A stretch of DNA of 54,707 bases from a virus (lineage: Duplodnaviria > Caudoviricetes): positions 1 to 54,707 of IMG/VR virus record IMGVR_UViG_3300049058_000028. One strand, given 5' to 3'. Below, in pieces: positions 26,080 to 35,001 of the stretch (position 1 is its first letter; each line of letters opens with the position of its first letter). The translations under genes and the position numbers were made by a program. Below the pieces are notes generated by a model, which was not told the DNA's origin, searched no databases, and saw only the letters and a list, made by a program, of their open reading frames with translations.

Positions 26080-26306
26080 AGTTTCACGCATTCCTTGCAG
26101 AGCAATTTCGTGTCGCGAACTCTCCATCCGCGCTGACTAAACAACTCAACAGCACGTTTCAGAATATCCGGTGCTGCCGTTTCACGCGTTCGACAGTTAG
26201 CGCACTTCGCTTGGATTACCCTCGTTAGGTGGGTCGACATGTCCTGATCGCAATCGGCCTCAACAGTAGAGACGTCTTTTGTCCTTACTAAACCCATTAC
26301 CGCCAT
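26073..26306 (-). CDS. Zn-finger protein
   Basis: CANC...GW...LCKEC; AGGAG RBS. Confidence 0.7.
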   Translation of the reverse strand: MAVMGLVRTKDVSTVEADCDQDMSTHLTRVIQAKCANCRTRETAAPDILKRAVELFSQRGWRVRDTKLLCKECVKLW

Positions 26307-26473
26307 TCTCCTTTATCATCAACCAACTGGTCGTTGCACCATTGAATCAGCCGATCAGTTCGCGCGTAATACTGTTCGCGTGGCCCAAAGTAGGAACCCT
26401 CTTCGCGTCGAGACTCCAAGAGTTCTAACAGGTGCCTCAGCTCAGCAATAGTCAACTCACGTATTGATTTCAT
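26297..26473 (-). CDS. Hypothetical protein
   Basis: GGAGAGGG RBS. Confidence 0.6.
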   Translation of the reverse strand: MKSIRELTIAELRHLLELLESRREEGSYFGPREQYYARTDRLIQWCNDQLVDDKGEWR

Positions 26474-26501
26474 TGCAGACACCCTCTCCCTACTCAAAAT
26501 A

Positions 26502-26769
26502 TCAACTGCTCGGCGGATTATAATCAAACCAATGATGCATCCTAACAGTCTGGCCCTTCTTAAAACTTCGCGTTGCGTAGCCGTGAATCCGGATCTTGTT
26601 CGCGACTATTTTTACTTCAGGATGCACATAAGCAACCCGTTTTTCTTCATCGACCACGAGCAGATCGTCCTTCATTATGTCCATTCCTGCTGTGATTACA
26701 CTTGTAGCCCCCTTTGAGGCGCTCAATCTCTTTGATTAACTCCGCCTTTGTTAAATCCTTAAGGTTCAT
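26502..26769 (-). pseudogene. Frameshifted hypothetical gene
   Basis: MNLKDLTKAELIKEIERLKG joins the 26502..26726 frame if one G is removed from the AAAGGGGG run (26708-15). Confidence 0.4.
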
Positions 26770-26779
26770 AACACGCTTA

Positions 26780-27105
26780 GTTGGTGAACGGTGGACACAG
26801 GAGTAACCTTCCCACAAGGTTACTCAGAATCACGCCCAGCCGGAGCCACGGAGTTGTTTCTGATACAGGTTCTCTTGATGGAGTAATTCGCCACTGTTCT
26901 GCGAATTGGGCCGTTTAACGTGTTGTCAAGAAAGCGGGGCTGGTTCCGTTCAACCGGGATGCGTAGTCCGTCAGAACCACGGCTTACAATATGTTGGTTA
27001 AAGAACGGAGGAATTCCAGCTTCGTGTACTGCAAGCTCTTCCCCAACACGGCTTGGTGGTGAATTCGTTTGGTAGGAATTCACTATTTCAAACAATCCTA
27101 AGCAA
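26780..27105 (-). ncRNA. Putative long structured RNA or leader
   Basis: Five stems and a repeated AAGCCGTG downstream of a promoter; no convincing ORF. Confidence 0.5.
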
Positions 27106-27109
27106 CGAC

Positions 27110-27139
27110 AGTGTAAAATGAAACATTGCATTTGCGCAA
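27110..27139 (-). promoter_or_regulatory. Putative sigma70-like promoter
   Basis: TTGCGC-N18-TACACT with an A-rich upstream tract. Confidence 0.5.
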
Positions 27140-27229
27140 GATCTTTCTGTGTGTTATTCTTTCTGCGTTCACCTTTCGGACAATTCAAGCACAGTTTGCG
27201 CCAGCTCTAACCGGCTGGCGTTGCTGTTT

Positions 27230-27376
27230 TTAATCATCGTAATAATCATCGTCAATGTAAATATCTTCGTCATAAATTTCCTCGCATTCATGACTACAAT
27301 TAGCAGGAGCAGTGTCATGGAATAGATCTTCTCCATCACAATCACAGTCGTCTTCACAAGCCAGGCACAGATGCAT
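27230..27376 (-). CDS. Very acidic Cys-rich 48-aa peptide
   Basis: GGAG RBS; MHLCLACEDDCDCDGEDLFHDTAPANCSHECEEIYDEDIYIDDDYYDD; followed by hairpin CGCCAGC/GCTGGCG. Confidence 0.7.
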   Translation of the reverse strand: MHLCLACEDDCDCDGEDLFHDTAPANCSHECEEIYDEDIYIDDDYYDD

Positions 27377-27478
27377 CTCTTCTCTCCGGTCGCATCCATA
27401 TCCTCTGATCTTACTTACGTTCTAGCGGGATTATTGTCGCAGCCGTGTCCGACTAGTTACAGGCCCAGGTCCACAAAG

Positions 27479-27670
27479 TCATCTCTGAGCCTGCGTGCTA
27501 CGAATCACCGTCTTACCTTTGTGATAGTAATTGCCTGCCATAAATGCCAATGATGACACAAGCATAAACTTGGACCATAGCCACCAGTTAGGGTTATCAC
27601 TTCCTATGCCGCACCAATAAGCAAACAAACCGCCATTAATCACCCCAAGTATCCTACTGGTCCACTTCAT
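27479..27670 (-). CDS. Small two-TM membrane protein
   Basis: Two hydrophobic segments. Confidence 0.55.
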   Translation of the reverse strand: MKWTSRILGVINGGLFAYWCGIGSDNPNWWLWSKFMLVSSLAFMAGNYYHKGKTVIRSTQAQR

Positions 27671-28106
27671 CGTCTCTCACTTTCAAGCACCCAGCTTGGC
27701 TATGTCTATCTGATTTCTGTTTTGATTTGCGCGGCGCACGCGCTACAAGTTTTGATGGCTCGAAAGGGTGGCTGCACGCGTACTCGGGAAAGTGGATCGG
27801 GTTATCCGGGGTAGCAAGACAAGTAGTGCCCTCTTCCAATTCATGCGAACATAATCCTGATACCACGGCCTCAGTTTTCGCCTGTTCTTTAAGCACCACA
27901 GGGCCTGAGGCTGGTTTCTCCCGCTTCTTGCGAGGCGTAGGCTCCAGTTCTTTCTTAAGTGCGTAATAGGCCATCTGATGAGCGTTGTACGATGCTCGGG
28001 CTATCCCTATTTGTATCTCTGCTGTTTCTACGTTCGTTCGTGCGATTTCCATTCGCTCAAGGGCTTGGTTCAGTATCCGATCTGCTTTTGTTTGTCTTTT
28101 GCTCAT
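27654..28106 (-). CDS. Coiled-coil plus His/Cys-motif protein
   Basis: GGAG RBS region; C...C...NPIH...HPF. Confidence 0.6.
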   Translation of the reverse strand: MSKRQTKADRILNQALERMEIARTNVETAEIQIGIARASYNAHQMAYYALKKELEPTPRKKREKPASGPVVLKEQAKTEAVVSGLCSHELEEGTTCLATPDNPIHFPEYACSHPFEPSKLVARAPRKSKQKSDRHSQAGCLKVRDDEVDQ

Positions 28107-28116
28107 TATCGTCTTT

Positions 28117-28347
28117 CTACTCCAGTTCTTTCGTGTCTCGCTGGCCGAATACAGCAACGTAAGAACACTTCTCTTCATTTAAGGGCACATCTGTAAACAT
28201 GGCCCACTTCTCCCTAAGAATTTCAATGTTGGGCGCGACGAGAATAAACTCAGAAGACGTTAAGCCGATCCCTGTATAGCAAATGCCTTTTGCCTCGCCT
28301 CTGGTTCGATCAATAATTGGTTGCTGTAAGTGATCGTTATGACCCAT
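28117..28347 (-). CDS. Hypothetical protein
   Basis: GGAGG RBS; tightly packed. Confidence 0.6.
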   Translation of the reverse strand: MGHNDHLQQPIIDRTRGEAKGICYTGIGLTSSEFILVAPNIEILREKWAMFTDVPLNEEKCSYVAVFGQRDTKELE

Positions 28348-28573
28348 ATCCTACCTCCACTACATATCTTCCATTTACTCTCCAAACAATTTCTTCTCCT
28401 GTGTAGATCGCAAACCAAAGCACATAATCAGGACCAGCGAATTCGTTGTAAGGCTCTATCTTCGTGACCCCATCGCTGCCGACTGTTGGTGTCCAGTCAT
28501 TAACTCGCTGTGCTTCGTCAATAACGAGGCTAGAAACTGGCCGGTTATCTTTCAATGTTAGGTTGATAATCAT
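28337..28573 (-). CDS. Hypothetical protein
   Basis: ATGA coupling. Confidence 0.65.
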   Translation of the reverse strand: MIINLTLKDNRPVSSLVIDEAQRVNDWTPTVGSDGVTKIEPYNEFAGPDYVLWFAIYTGEEIVWRVNGRYVVEVGYGS

Positions 28574-28788
28574 TGCGCATACTTACCAACAAGATCGCGT
28601 AGCCAAGCCAACTGCCGTTCGGTCACACCCCATCGCTCTACTTTATCCATCATTTCACTAACAAATTCCGCCTCGCGGTCGCCCATGTTTTCGACTTCAG
28701 GGCTGAGTAGATCCAAGCACTTGCGGGCACTTGCAATGCGTTCGCTTGATGAAAGTATGTTGTCGCGGTTGAATGATGTTTTGGTCAT
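28570..28788 (-). CDS. Conserved small phage protein
   Basis: EAEFVSEM...TERQLAWLRDL motif. Confidence 0.7.
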   Translation of the reverse strand: MTKTSFNRDNILSSSERIASARKCLDLLSPEVENMGDREAEFVSEMMDKVERWGVTERQLAWLRDLVGKYAQ

Positions 28789-28825
28789 AAGTCACTATCC
28801 TCAATAACATCAAATGAAGAGCACG

Positions 28826-29185
28826 TTAGGTTTCTTTTCCTAAAACTGCGCGAGCGGCATCCATCTCGAGTTGAAGGTGAATCCAGCCGCATAAATGACC
28901 TTCTGCCGGACAGCCACAGTCAGGCCCGTTCTCCATCATCTTGTCAATCCGATTGACTAACGGCCCTAATACCTCTCGCAGTCGGGCTACTTCACTGAGT
29001 AGCGCATCACGTTCGGCTTCGGTGCTTTGCAAGTCAAGAAACGCAGACCATGCATGACGCTCCCACTTATCGGTAATGTCGTCAAAATCCCATTCGAGAT
29101 TATGTGGATCGTTGTATTTTGCTAATCGCGTCTCGAACATCTGTCGCGCCGTGTGAACAAGTTGTGGTTTCTTCTCTTGGGTCAT
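28826..29185 (-). CDS. Hypothetical coiled-coil protein
   Basis: AGGAG RBS; ERDALLSEVARLRE. Confidence 0.6.
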   Translation of the reverse strand: MTQEKKPQLVHTARQMFETRLAKYNDPHNLEWDFDDITDKWERHAWSAFLDLQSTEAERDALLSEVARLREVLGPLVNRIDKMMENGPDCGCPAEGHLCGWIHLQLEMDAARAVLGKET

Positions 29186-29465
29186 TATAGGGTTGCTCCT
29201 GACGTGCATTGGCTATCGTTTCAAAGATGTCATATAGCGAAGTATCAGGTTCGATTCCTTCTTTCTCGGCAACCGCAATCACGGCCGCCCGTGCTGCCTG
29301 ACAATACGCTGACGATGGATCTAGCGTGTCGCATTGCCCATCCTCATAGGTGCGCCAAATCTCATCACGAATCTTCTTTGGAACCATGAACCAGTGTTTA
29401 CGGCAACCCCACATCGTTGGTGGAACAACCGTTGTACATCCTGTTGCGTGGCAATGATGAGCCAT
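29100..29465 (-). CDS. Conserved phage Zn-binding protein
   Basis: HHCHATGC...CRKHWFMVP...IWRTY. Confidence 0.7.
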   Translation of the reverse strand: MAHHCHATGCTTVVPPTMWGCRKHWFMVPKKIRDEIWRTYEDGQCDTLDPSSAYCQAARAAVIAVAEKEGIEPDTSLYDIFETIANARQEQPYNDPREETTTCSHGATDVRDAISKIQRST

Positions 29466-29481
29466 CTACTCCACCCCTTCT

Positions 29482-30315
29482 CTACTTAACTAACTGAATT
29501 ACTTTTCCTTTTCGTGCGTGAACAACATTAGGCTTTCTCGCGATCTCAATCGAATTCTCAAGTTGCCTCGTCAGACCATTCCCGTTCTCACGGGCTAAGA
29601 AGATGAATCCTGACACTGCTCGCTCTTGGAGTTCTTTGGTTTGTTTCTCGATCTCTGCAAGGAATTCTTGGCCCCTCTGCTCAATCTCATCTATCCGTTG
29701 CTTATAATCGTCTCTGTAAAAACGTCTAACGAACAGATCAAGGCCCATGGGGGCACGGGAATCGTAGCTAACGTAATCACACCACTCCGCCCATTCTGCA
29801 CATGCTAGTTCTGTCAAAACCTGGTCAATGTCGCCAGCGGGAACTTTCATGCTTCTCAACAACTCGAAGTGAATGTTTGTCTTTCGGTTCTTTACTTCGA
29901 CCAGTCCGACTTTTCCGACAACCCTGTCAGGTGATGCGCCAAACCGGGGTATTGACGGATGGTGAACAAAACCGATCGGACTTACCACTTCGTCCCTCTT
30001 CACAAAGAGGCTATAAGCATTAACTGCTCCATCTTCTTCCTCTTTGCCCCGATCCATGTATGAATTCTGAAAGCCTTCATAAGCAAATCCGTTTAGGCGC
30101 TCGCAAATCAATTCCGCCTGATAGCTCAGTTGAGTAACGCCTGGACCTGTTCCCTGTCGATTCTTGGCGAAAGCGTCGCTGACGCGGCTGGAGGTTAGCC
30201 ATCCGCAACGAGCGCGGAACCATTCATCACTTCCCTGCTTAAGATTCATGGCGCAGGGGCGGCAGAACATTACCTTGAGATCATATTCGTCGTACTGACA
30301 GGCGCAGGTACTCAT
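29482..30315 (-). CDS. YqaJ / lambda exonuclease family 5'-3' exonuclease
   Basis: QGSDEWFRARCG.LTSS, MDRGKEEE, GASPD, LVEVK, WCDYVSYD. Confidence 0.92.
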   Translation of the reverse strand: MSTCACQYDEYDLKVMFCRPCAMNLKQGSDEWFRARCGWLTSSRVSDAFAKNRQGTGPGVTQLSYQAELICERLNGFAYEGFQNSYMDRGKEEEDGAVNAYSLFVKRDEVVSPIGFVHHPSIPRFGASPDRVVGKVGLVEVKNRKTNIHFELLRSMKVPAGDIDQVLTELACAEWAEWCDYVSYDSRAPMGLDLFVRRFYRDDYKQRIDEIEQRGQEFLAEIEKQTKELQERAVSGFIFLARENGNGLTRQLENSIEIARKPNVVHARKGKVIQLVK

Positions 30316-30995
30316 TCGACTCGCCTCACCGGAAAAGACAGCGCCGTCGCGTCTTCAATAGCCATCATGCGTGACCACTTTCGAGGCACAAGACGGTCCC
30401 ACTTAAAACCCGCATCTTTTGCTAACTGATTGTCTTCAAACGGCTGTAGACCAACGAACAATGCCTTCGGCCGCATTGCTACCGCAAACATCGACTGAAG
30501 ATCGTCCATGCGGTCAAACAGCGCGGCTATTAATCGGCAATCTGTTAGCGCTCGGTGTGCGCTAGCCACTCCTATTCCGTGGTCCAAAGCAAGGTTGATA
30601 AGCGATCCCTGCTCCCTCGTTGCTAAAGGCCACTTGAAGTCTGACATTGTGCAAACCCAAGGAAGAGAGGCTAACGGAAACCGTGTATCACCAACTATTC
30701 TCTTTGAATCGAACTCCGCGTTATGGGCAACATAAACATCTGCGGCCTTGCTCATTGCGAACAATAACTCCTGCGCAAACGACACAGAACGTGATAACTG
30801 GATTTCGTCTAATGCCGCCGTTTTGATGCGGTTTATTGATTCGGCCTCATTCTTAAGAGCCGGCAGGAGCGTTGACATTTCCTGAAGTGTGCATTGATTC
30901 TCGACTGAATACAGGATCGCGCCGACCTCGATCACCTGTGCGGTATCCTCTAATCCATTCGTCTCTGTATCTAGAATTAACGCTCTTTGAATCAT
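30312..30995 (-). CDS. DEDDh 3'-5' exonuclease (DnaQ-like)
   Basis: LDTETNG, VAHNAEFD, AHRALTDC. Confidence 0.93.
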   Translation of the reverse strand: MIQRALILDTETNGLEDTAQVIEVGAILYSVENQCTLQEMSTLLPALKNEAESINRIKTAALDEIQLSRSVSFAQELLFAMSKAADVYVAHNAEFDSKRIVGDTRFPLASLPWVCTMSDFKWPLATREQGSLINLALDHGIGVASAHRALTDCRLIAALFDRMDDLQSMFAVAMRPKALFVGLQPFEDNQLAKDAGFKWDRLVPRKWSRMMAIEDATALSFPVRRVE

Positions 30996-31954
30996 CTTGC
31001 CGTCCTCCGGTAGCCATCAAGCCATTTCAAGGCATCCGCATACTTATCGGCTGAAAGATCGCCAACCTTCTTAATCTTGAACTCTGCTAGAAAGTCTGTC
31101 TTACAGTTTTTGCCGTTCCCTTCTATTACTTCTTGAAGTGTGACGACCTGAACGTCGTTAACCAAGGACGGACCCTTTTGTGTTGACTCCTCTTGCGCTT
31201 CGCTATTGAGAGCTCTGGCAAGCGTAGTTTCAGCGTGCTTGTATCTTCCAGAAGGAATATCCTCGACCGCCTTGACTTCTTGCTTATAGGTCGTACTCAG
31301 GTATTCCAATACCTTAAGTTGCGTGGGTTCGCTTAGTCGATCATACAGACCGTGGAGTACCTTCTTCTGAGATTCACTAACGGTCTGGTTGATAGCATTC
31401 CCATCATTGTCGTCCTTGTCTACAAGTAGGGGTATATCCCAGATCATTGAAGCCAACTTGCGAATACCATAAGACGAACCGCTCACAACGGCTTGCTGTT
31501 TCGTCATTACCCCACTGCCGCCCTTCGGTCCCATGTTGTCAATTGGCATGGGGAGCCGATAGCGGCGCCGATGACCGCCTTGATGGATGACGTCACAGCA
31601 AACCACCATCATGTCCGCCATCGGACTTGGCTCGCTATCCCACGTTTGGGTAAAGCCGTACTTCTGGCGGATCGGGCGCAACATTGTGTCAATTTTCGGG
31701 TAACTGACATTCCGGCTATTGCGCTCGGTATTCAACTTATCCCAGGACAACGCGCGCACTTCGTTTTGAGCCTCAATCATATCTGCATCAAAAGCTTTCT
31801 CTGCTTGGCGATCCTCTAGTTGGATTTGAAGATCGACCAATACGCGTAACTTATCCGCATCAACTTCCTTGTTGACGATGACCTTCTCAATCAGTTCGAG
31901 AAACTTGTCCTGCTGTGGGCGCTCTAGCGCGAGTGTCTCTTGGTTAGTTGACAT
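30992..31954 (-). CDS. ERF-family single-strand annealing protein
   Basis: IRQKYGF, HQGGH, QAVVSGSSYGIRK, DDNDGN; adjacent to YqaJ. Confidence 0.85.
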   Translation of the reverse strand: MSTNQETLALERPQQDKFLELIEKVIVNKEVDADKLRVLVDLQIQLEDRQAEKAFDADMIEAQNEVRALSWDKLNTERNSRNVSYPKIDTMLRPIRQKYGFTQTWDSEPSPMADMMVVCCDVIHQGGHRRRYRLPMPIDNMGPKGGSGVMTKQQAVVSGSSYGIRKLASMIWDIPLLVDKDDNDGNAINQTVSESQKKVLHGLYDRLSEPTQLKVLEYLSTTYKQEVKAVEDIPSGRYKHAETTLARALNSEAQEESTQKGPSLVNDVQVVTLQEVIEGNGKNCKTDFLAEFKIKKVGDLSADKYADALKWLDGYRRTAR

Positions 31955-32192
31955 TCCTTCTTCCTTCTTGGTACGCACGCCAGACTTGTGCTATCACCTT
32001 AGCCATTGTCGGAGCGGTGTACTGTGGTCCGTTCATCCCGACTTGAGCGCAGTACTCAATCCGCCCATGTCTACTTCGGGTCTCTACACCGCAGTCACGG
32101 ACGTCAACGATGATTTGCGGATGCGGGCCTACAATCTTCCGCAGTTCCCCCAGGGCATCATCCATACTAATATCTGCGGGATTAGCGGTCAT
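31944..32192 (-). CDS. Hypothetical protein
   Basis: ATGA coupling. Confidence 0.6.
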   Translation of the reverse strand: MTANPADISMDDALGELRKIVGPHPQIIVDVRDCGVETRSRHGRIEYCAQVGMNGPQYTAPTMAKVIAQVWRAYQEGRRNVN

Positions 32193-32395
32193 AGACGATG
32201 TTGCTCCCTTTGTTTATTGATCCACTGTATTGCGCAATCTTGTGAGCCAAGAATCGCGATAATTGATGGATCGTCTTCCTCGAATGGGTTGTGATGGCAC
32301 CGCTTTTCAATCCCACGACCATCTGAATAGACTATATGAACAGTTATATCTTCATCGTAGAATGGAATTGCTAGATGGCATTCAGTGCATCTCAT
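32189..32395 (-). CDS. Small Zn-finger protein
   Basis: MRCTEC...GSQDCA. Confidence 0.6.
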   Translation of the reverse strand: MRCTECHLAIPFYDEDITVHIVYSDGRGIEKRCHHNPFEEDDPSIIAILGSQDCAIQWINKQREQHRL

Positions 32396-32426
32396 AGTGT
32401 TGTGCCTTCTTCTTTGTATGGCTGAA

Positions 32427-32627
32427 TTAACTTCCCCCAACGCCGTTGTGGCCTTCTCCGCCGCTATCACGGTCGGGTCGTTTCTTTTTCACAACCGAAT
32501 AGCTGTAATCCTCCGCCTCTGGCTGTTCGCACATTTCATCTTGAGCTATCTGTCTCGCCTGTTTGCGGCTTTCAGCCTCAATGGTTGTTATTCAGACGCG
32601 GTGATACTCAATCTTGTAAGTTGGCAC
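32427..32627 (-). pseudogene. Small gene with in-frame TGA at codon 12
   Basis: GAAGGGGG RBS; MPTYKIEYHRV*ITTIEAESRKQARQIAQDEM... The YxIEY...IEAESxxxA pattern spans the stop. Confidence 0.6.
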
Positions 32628-32934
32628 AATGGCCCCCTTCCGGCTTGAAAATCTTCTCTCCAAATGTAGGTACTCGCTCAAGTAGATCTGCTAGCGCAGC
32701 TTTCAGATGCCGACAGATTAATCGGGCGGGACATCCGCAAAACCCACAAATAGTATTTCGGTCGCTCAAGAAGATCTCCGTCTCGTAGATATTTCCAGAA
32801 TCACTCCTGACGCTATAGGCGAAGATCTCTCGTTCGCTGTGCCCGCTTCTCATAGCGGACCAATCTGGTAGGTAGGTGACAACCAGTAAGGGATCTACTT
32901 GCGCATCTGAAAGTTCAAGTTGAATAACGCTCAT
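32608..32934 (-). CDS. SWIM-like Zn-finger protein
   Basis: VRSDSGNIY...CGCPA...CRHL. Confidence 0.75.
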   Translation of the reverse strand: MSVIQLELSDAQVDPLLVVTYLPDWSAMRSGHSEREIFAYSVRSDSGNIYETEIFLSDRNTICGFCGCPARLICRHLKAALADLLERVPTFGEKIFKPEGGHCANLQD

Positions 32935-33236
32935 TGGTTTGCCAGTTCAAGAAGAATATCTGCGTGGCAAGGCGTGCCTTCTATGCAAAAACATGCCAGA
33001 TCTTTACCGCGCAATTCCGAGAGTCTTGATAGTAGTGATATTCTCCGCAGTCCGCCGCCAGTGCCCGGTGCGCCATTTAGCCAGATTCGGAACATACGAA
33101 CCGCCCAAGACGCATCGTGCTCATCGTCAACAATGAAGGGGTTGCCAAAGATGCCTGGACGCCCAACGTAGACTGTGTTCTCCGGCATTCGCCAGCCCTT
33201 CGTGCGCTTGCGTTGTATTCTTTTAGGCTTATCCAT
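32931..33236 (-). CDS. DUF4326 family protein
   Basis: VYVGRPGIFGNPF...LRGKDLACFC...CHADILL. Confidence 0.9.
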   Translation of the reverse strand: MDKPKRIQRKRTKGWRMPENTVYVGRPGIFGNPFIVDDEHDASWAVRMFRIWLNGAPGTGGGLRRISLLSRLSELRGKDLACFCIEGTPCHADILLELANQ

Positions 33237-33253
33237 GTACGCTCACCTATAAA

Positions 33254-33559
33254 TCATTGATTTGCTTCTGCCGCTTCGTGAATCAAAACACCGGCAATGT
33301 GATAACAGTGGGTTGGCTCTTGTGGCACGTAGGAGGCTTCGCAGTTACATTGGGCCACTGGCTCACCCTGCTCATCAAGCCAAAGCGTAACAACGTAGCG
33401 TGAACCACCGCGACCAACCACTCTAAAGTAGCGCTCTCCCTCAACCATTCCAATCAGTTGCACGTCCGGCTTTAACTCTAACGCTCGGCATAAAGCTTTA
33501 TGTGCTCGACTCTGCGGCTCAGGATTGATGAAGTTATCTACAGGGATTGAGGGAAGCAA
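33254..33559 (-). CDS. SWIM-like Zn-finger protein
   Basis: CNCEA...CYHI. Confidence 0.75.
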   Translation of the reverse strand: MLPSIPVDNFINPEPQSRAHKALCRALELKPDVQLIGMVEGERYFRVVGRGGSRYVVTLWLDEQGEPVAQCNCEASYVPQEPTHCYHIAGVLIHEAAEANQ

Positions 33560-33561
33560 GG

Positions 33562-33882
33562 TTACGCTCCTACTACTTTCTGTTTCTTCTCACACTCAGT
33601 ACAAACCGCCGCAGATGGTCTAGGCAACGCCTCTCGCATGTGTGTCGGGCACAGATTCTCTAGTTTGGTGAACTTAAACGGCAATTCCTGTAAGTCTTCA
33701 ATCATACCTATGACGGCATCGGCAAAGCGGTAGCGCCGTTCGCTTTCAACCTCGCTCTCGCTTTTAAGCAGCAACCAGGCAGCTCCTTCTTTCCACGGAT
33801 CATCCTCCGAATCCCCCGCATCTATAACGTCGAAGATGGCTGCTCTAATGGTTGACTTGCTAGCGAAAAGTTCTCTGTTCAT
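33562..33882 (-). CDS. Hypothetical protein
   Basis: GGAGG RBS; ATGA coupling. Confidence 0.6.
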   Translation of the reverse strand: MNRELFASKSTIRAAIFDVIDAGDSEDDPWKEGAAWLLLKSESEVESERRYRFADAVIGMIEDLQELPFKFTKLENLCPTHMREALPRPSAAVCTECEKKQKVVGA

Positions 33883-34259
33883 GACGTGGCGCCTCCGCCC
33901 TTCGCTATTCGTGCCAAACACTTCTTGCAATTGCTCTCACTTGGGTTAGTAGTCATCGGGTGTGGCCCACCCCTTGCCGAGCAGGCGGGTTTATTGTTAA
34001 CCGAGAAGTGCATTACTCGGTGACGAGCGTATTTTGCTTTATAGAGACTACCTTCGATCATGCCAATCAGCATTGCGCTAAACCGCGCCTCTGCTTCTCT
34101 GCGAGTGGAACCATCATATATCGCACCTTCAATAAGCCGCTCTTTGCAAGAAGCGCAGAAATCTATTTCACTGCATGTGCCCATTAGCCCCGTGGGCTTC
34201 TCACACTCAACGCACCTGACGGCTATCGCATCGGGTTCAAATTTACACTCAGAACTCAT
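33879..34259 (-). CDS. Zn-finger protein
   Basis: CVEC, CASC, H...C...CKKC; GGAGG RBS. Confidence 0.65.
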   Translation of the reverse strand: MSSECKFEPDAIAVRCVECEKPTGLMGTCSEIDFCASCKERLIEGAIYDGSTRREAEARFSAMLIGMIEGSLYKAKYARHRVMHFSVNNKPACSARGGPHPMTTNPSESNCKKCLARIAKGGGATS

Positions 34260-34316
34260 ATTCCCCTCCAATAGTGCCATCGCTCCCGAGTACTAGATAT
34301 ATGGGGTAGACGCTCA

Positions 34317-34517
34317 TTATTCTGCGCACCTTTCGGAACAGTAAGTGTCCATATTGTCACCGTTGAACTGAACCACCCATCCCTTGCGTTCAAGATGGCT
34401 CTGCACCTTTGCGGCGGTCTTCACGTCAATGGTGTCAATCCAAACTTCTTCTTCACGTCCGTAACCGCCGTCGTCTTTTTGATGGTTTGAGCATGTAACG
34501 TGTATTTGAAGCGCCAT
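34317..34517 (-). CDS. Small Zn-binding protein
   Basis: CSNH...GW...YCSERC. Confidence 0.65.
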   Translation of the reverse strand: MALQIHVTCSNHQKDDGGYGREEEVWIDTIDVKTAAKVQSHLERKGWVVQFNGDNMDTYCSERCAE

Positions 34518-34524
34518 GTTATAT

Positions 34525-34746
34525 CTACTCCTTTCCTGTTAATCCAAAGAAGAACACAAAGCCAAATAACCCAAAGAACAACAGCGCGAGCAAGATCCGA
34601 ACTATCACAGTGAGCAAAGACGTCCTCTTGCTACGTCTATCTTCTGGTAAAACCACGCCTCTAGTATAGATAGCTGGAGGCTTTAGATGGTCTGCCGATT
34701 TACCTAGAAGCGCATCGCGCTGTCGATGATAATCTTCAAGTGCCAT
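34525..34746 (-). CDS. C-terminally anchored membrane protein
   Basis: GGAGG RBS; long hydrophobic C-terminus. Confidence 0.6.
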   Translation of the reverse strand: MALEDYHRQRDALLGKSADHLKPPAIYTRGVVLPEDRRSKRTSLLTVIVRILLALLFFGLFGFVFFFGLTGKE

Positions 34747-34945
34747 GCGGATCTCCTATTGGACCTCCAAGTACGCTGCCCTCGTGCCAATCCTCGCATC
34801 CTTTACACCAGAACTTTTCTACCTTCTCTCCCGGTCGTTGGCGCATCTCAGTTAAAGGCCGGCCATCATTCGGGTCAGCACGTGCCCTGGCTACCACCAT
34901 GTCCGACAGTGCCCGCTTTTCAATGTCGTCTAGTTCGTGTGTCAT
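34736..34945 (-). CDS. Hypothetical protein
   Basis: WCKGCEDWH motif. Confidence 0.5.
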   Translation of the reverse strand: MTHELDDIEKRALSDMVVARARADPNDGRPLTEMRQRPGEKVEKFWCKGCEDWHEGSVLGGPIGDPHGT

Positions 34946-35001
34946 TATCGTGCGCCCATTGTCTCTATGCTTTTCTGGGGTAGCTGTTTCATCAGGTGCT
35001 C

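Noticed and set aside
26820-27188. 122-aa minus-strand ORF
   Set aside because: No RBS or motif; it runs through a promoter and a hairpin-dense region better explained as RNA.
27169-27399. 76-aa hydrophobic ORF
   Set aside because: It is the shadow frame of the Asp-rich peptide gene (GAT/GAC runs read as Met/Thr/Ile).
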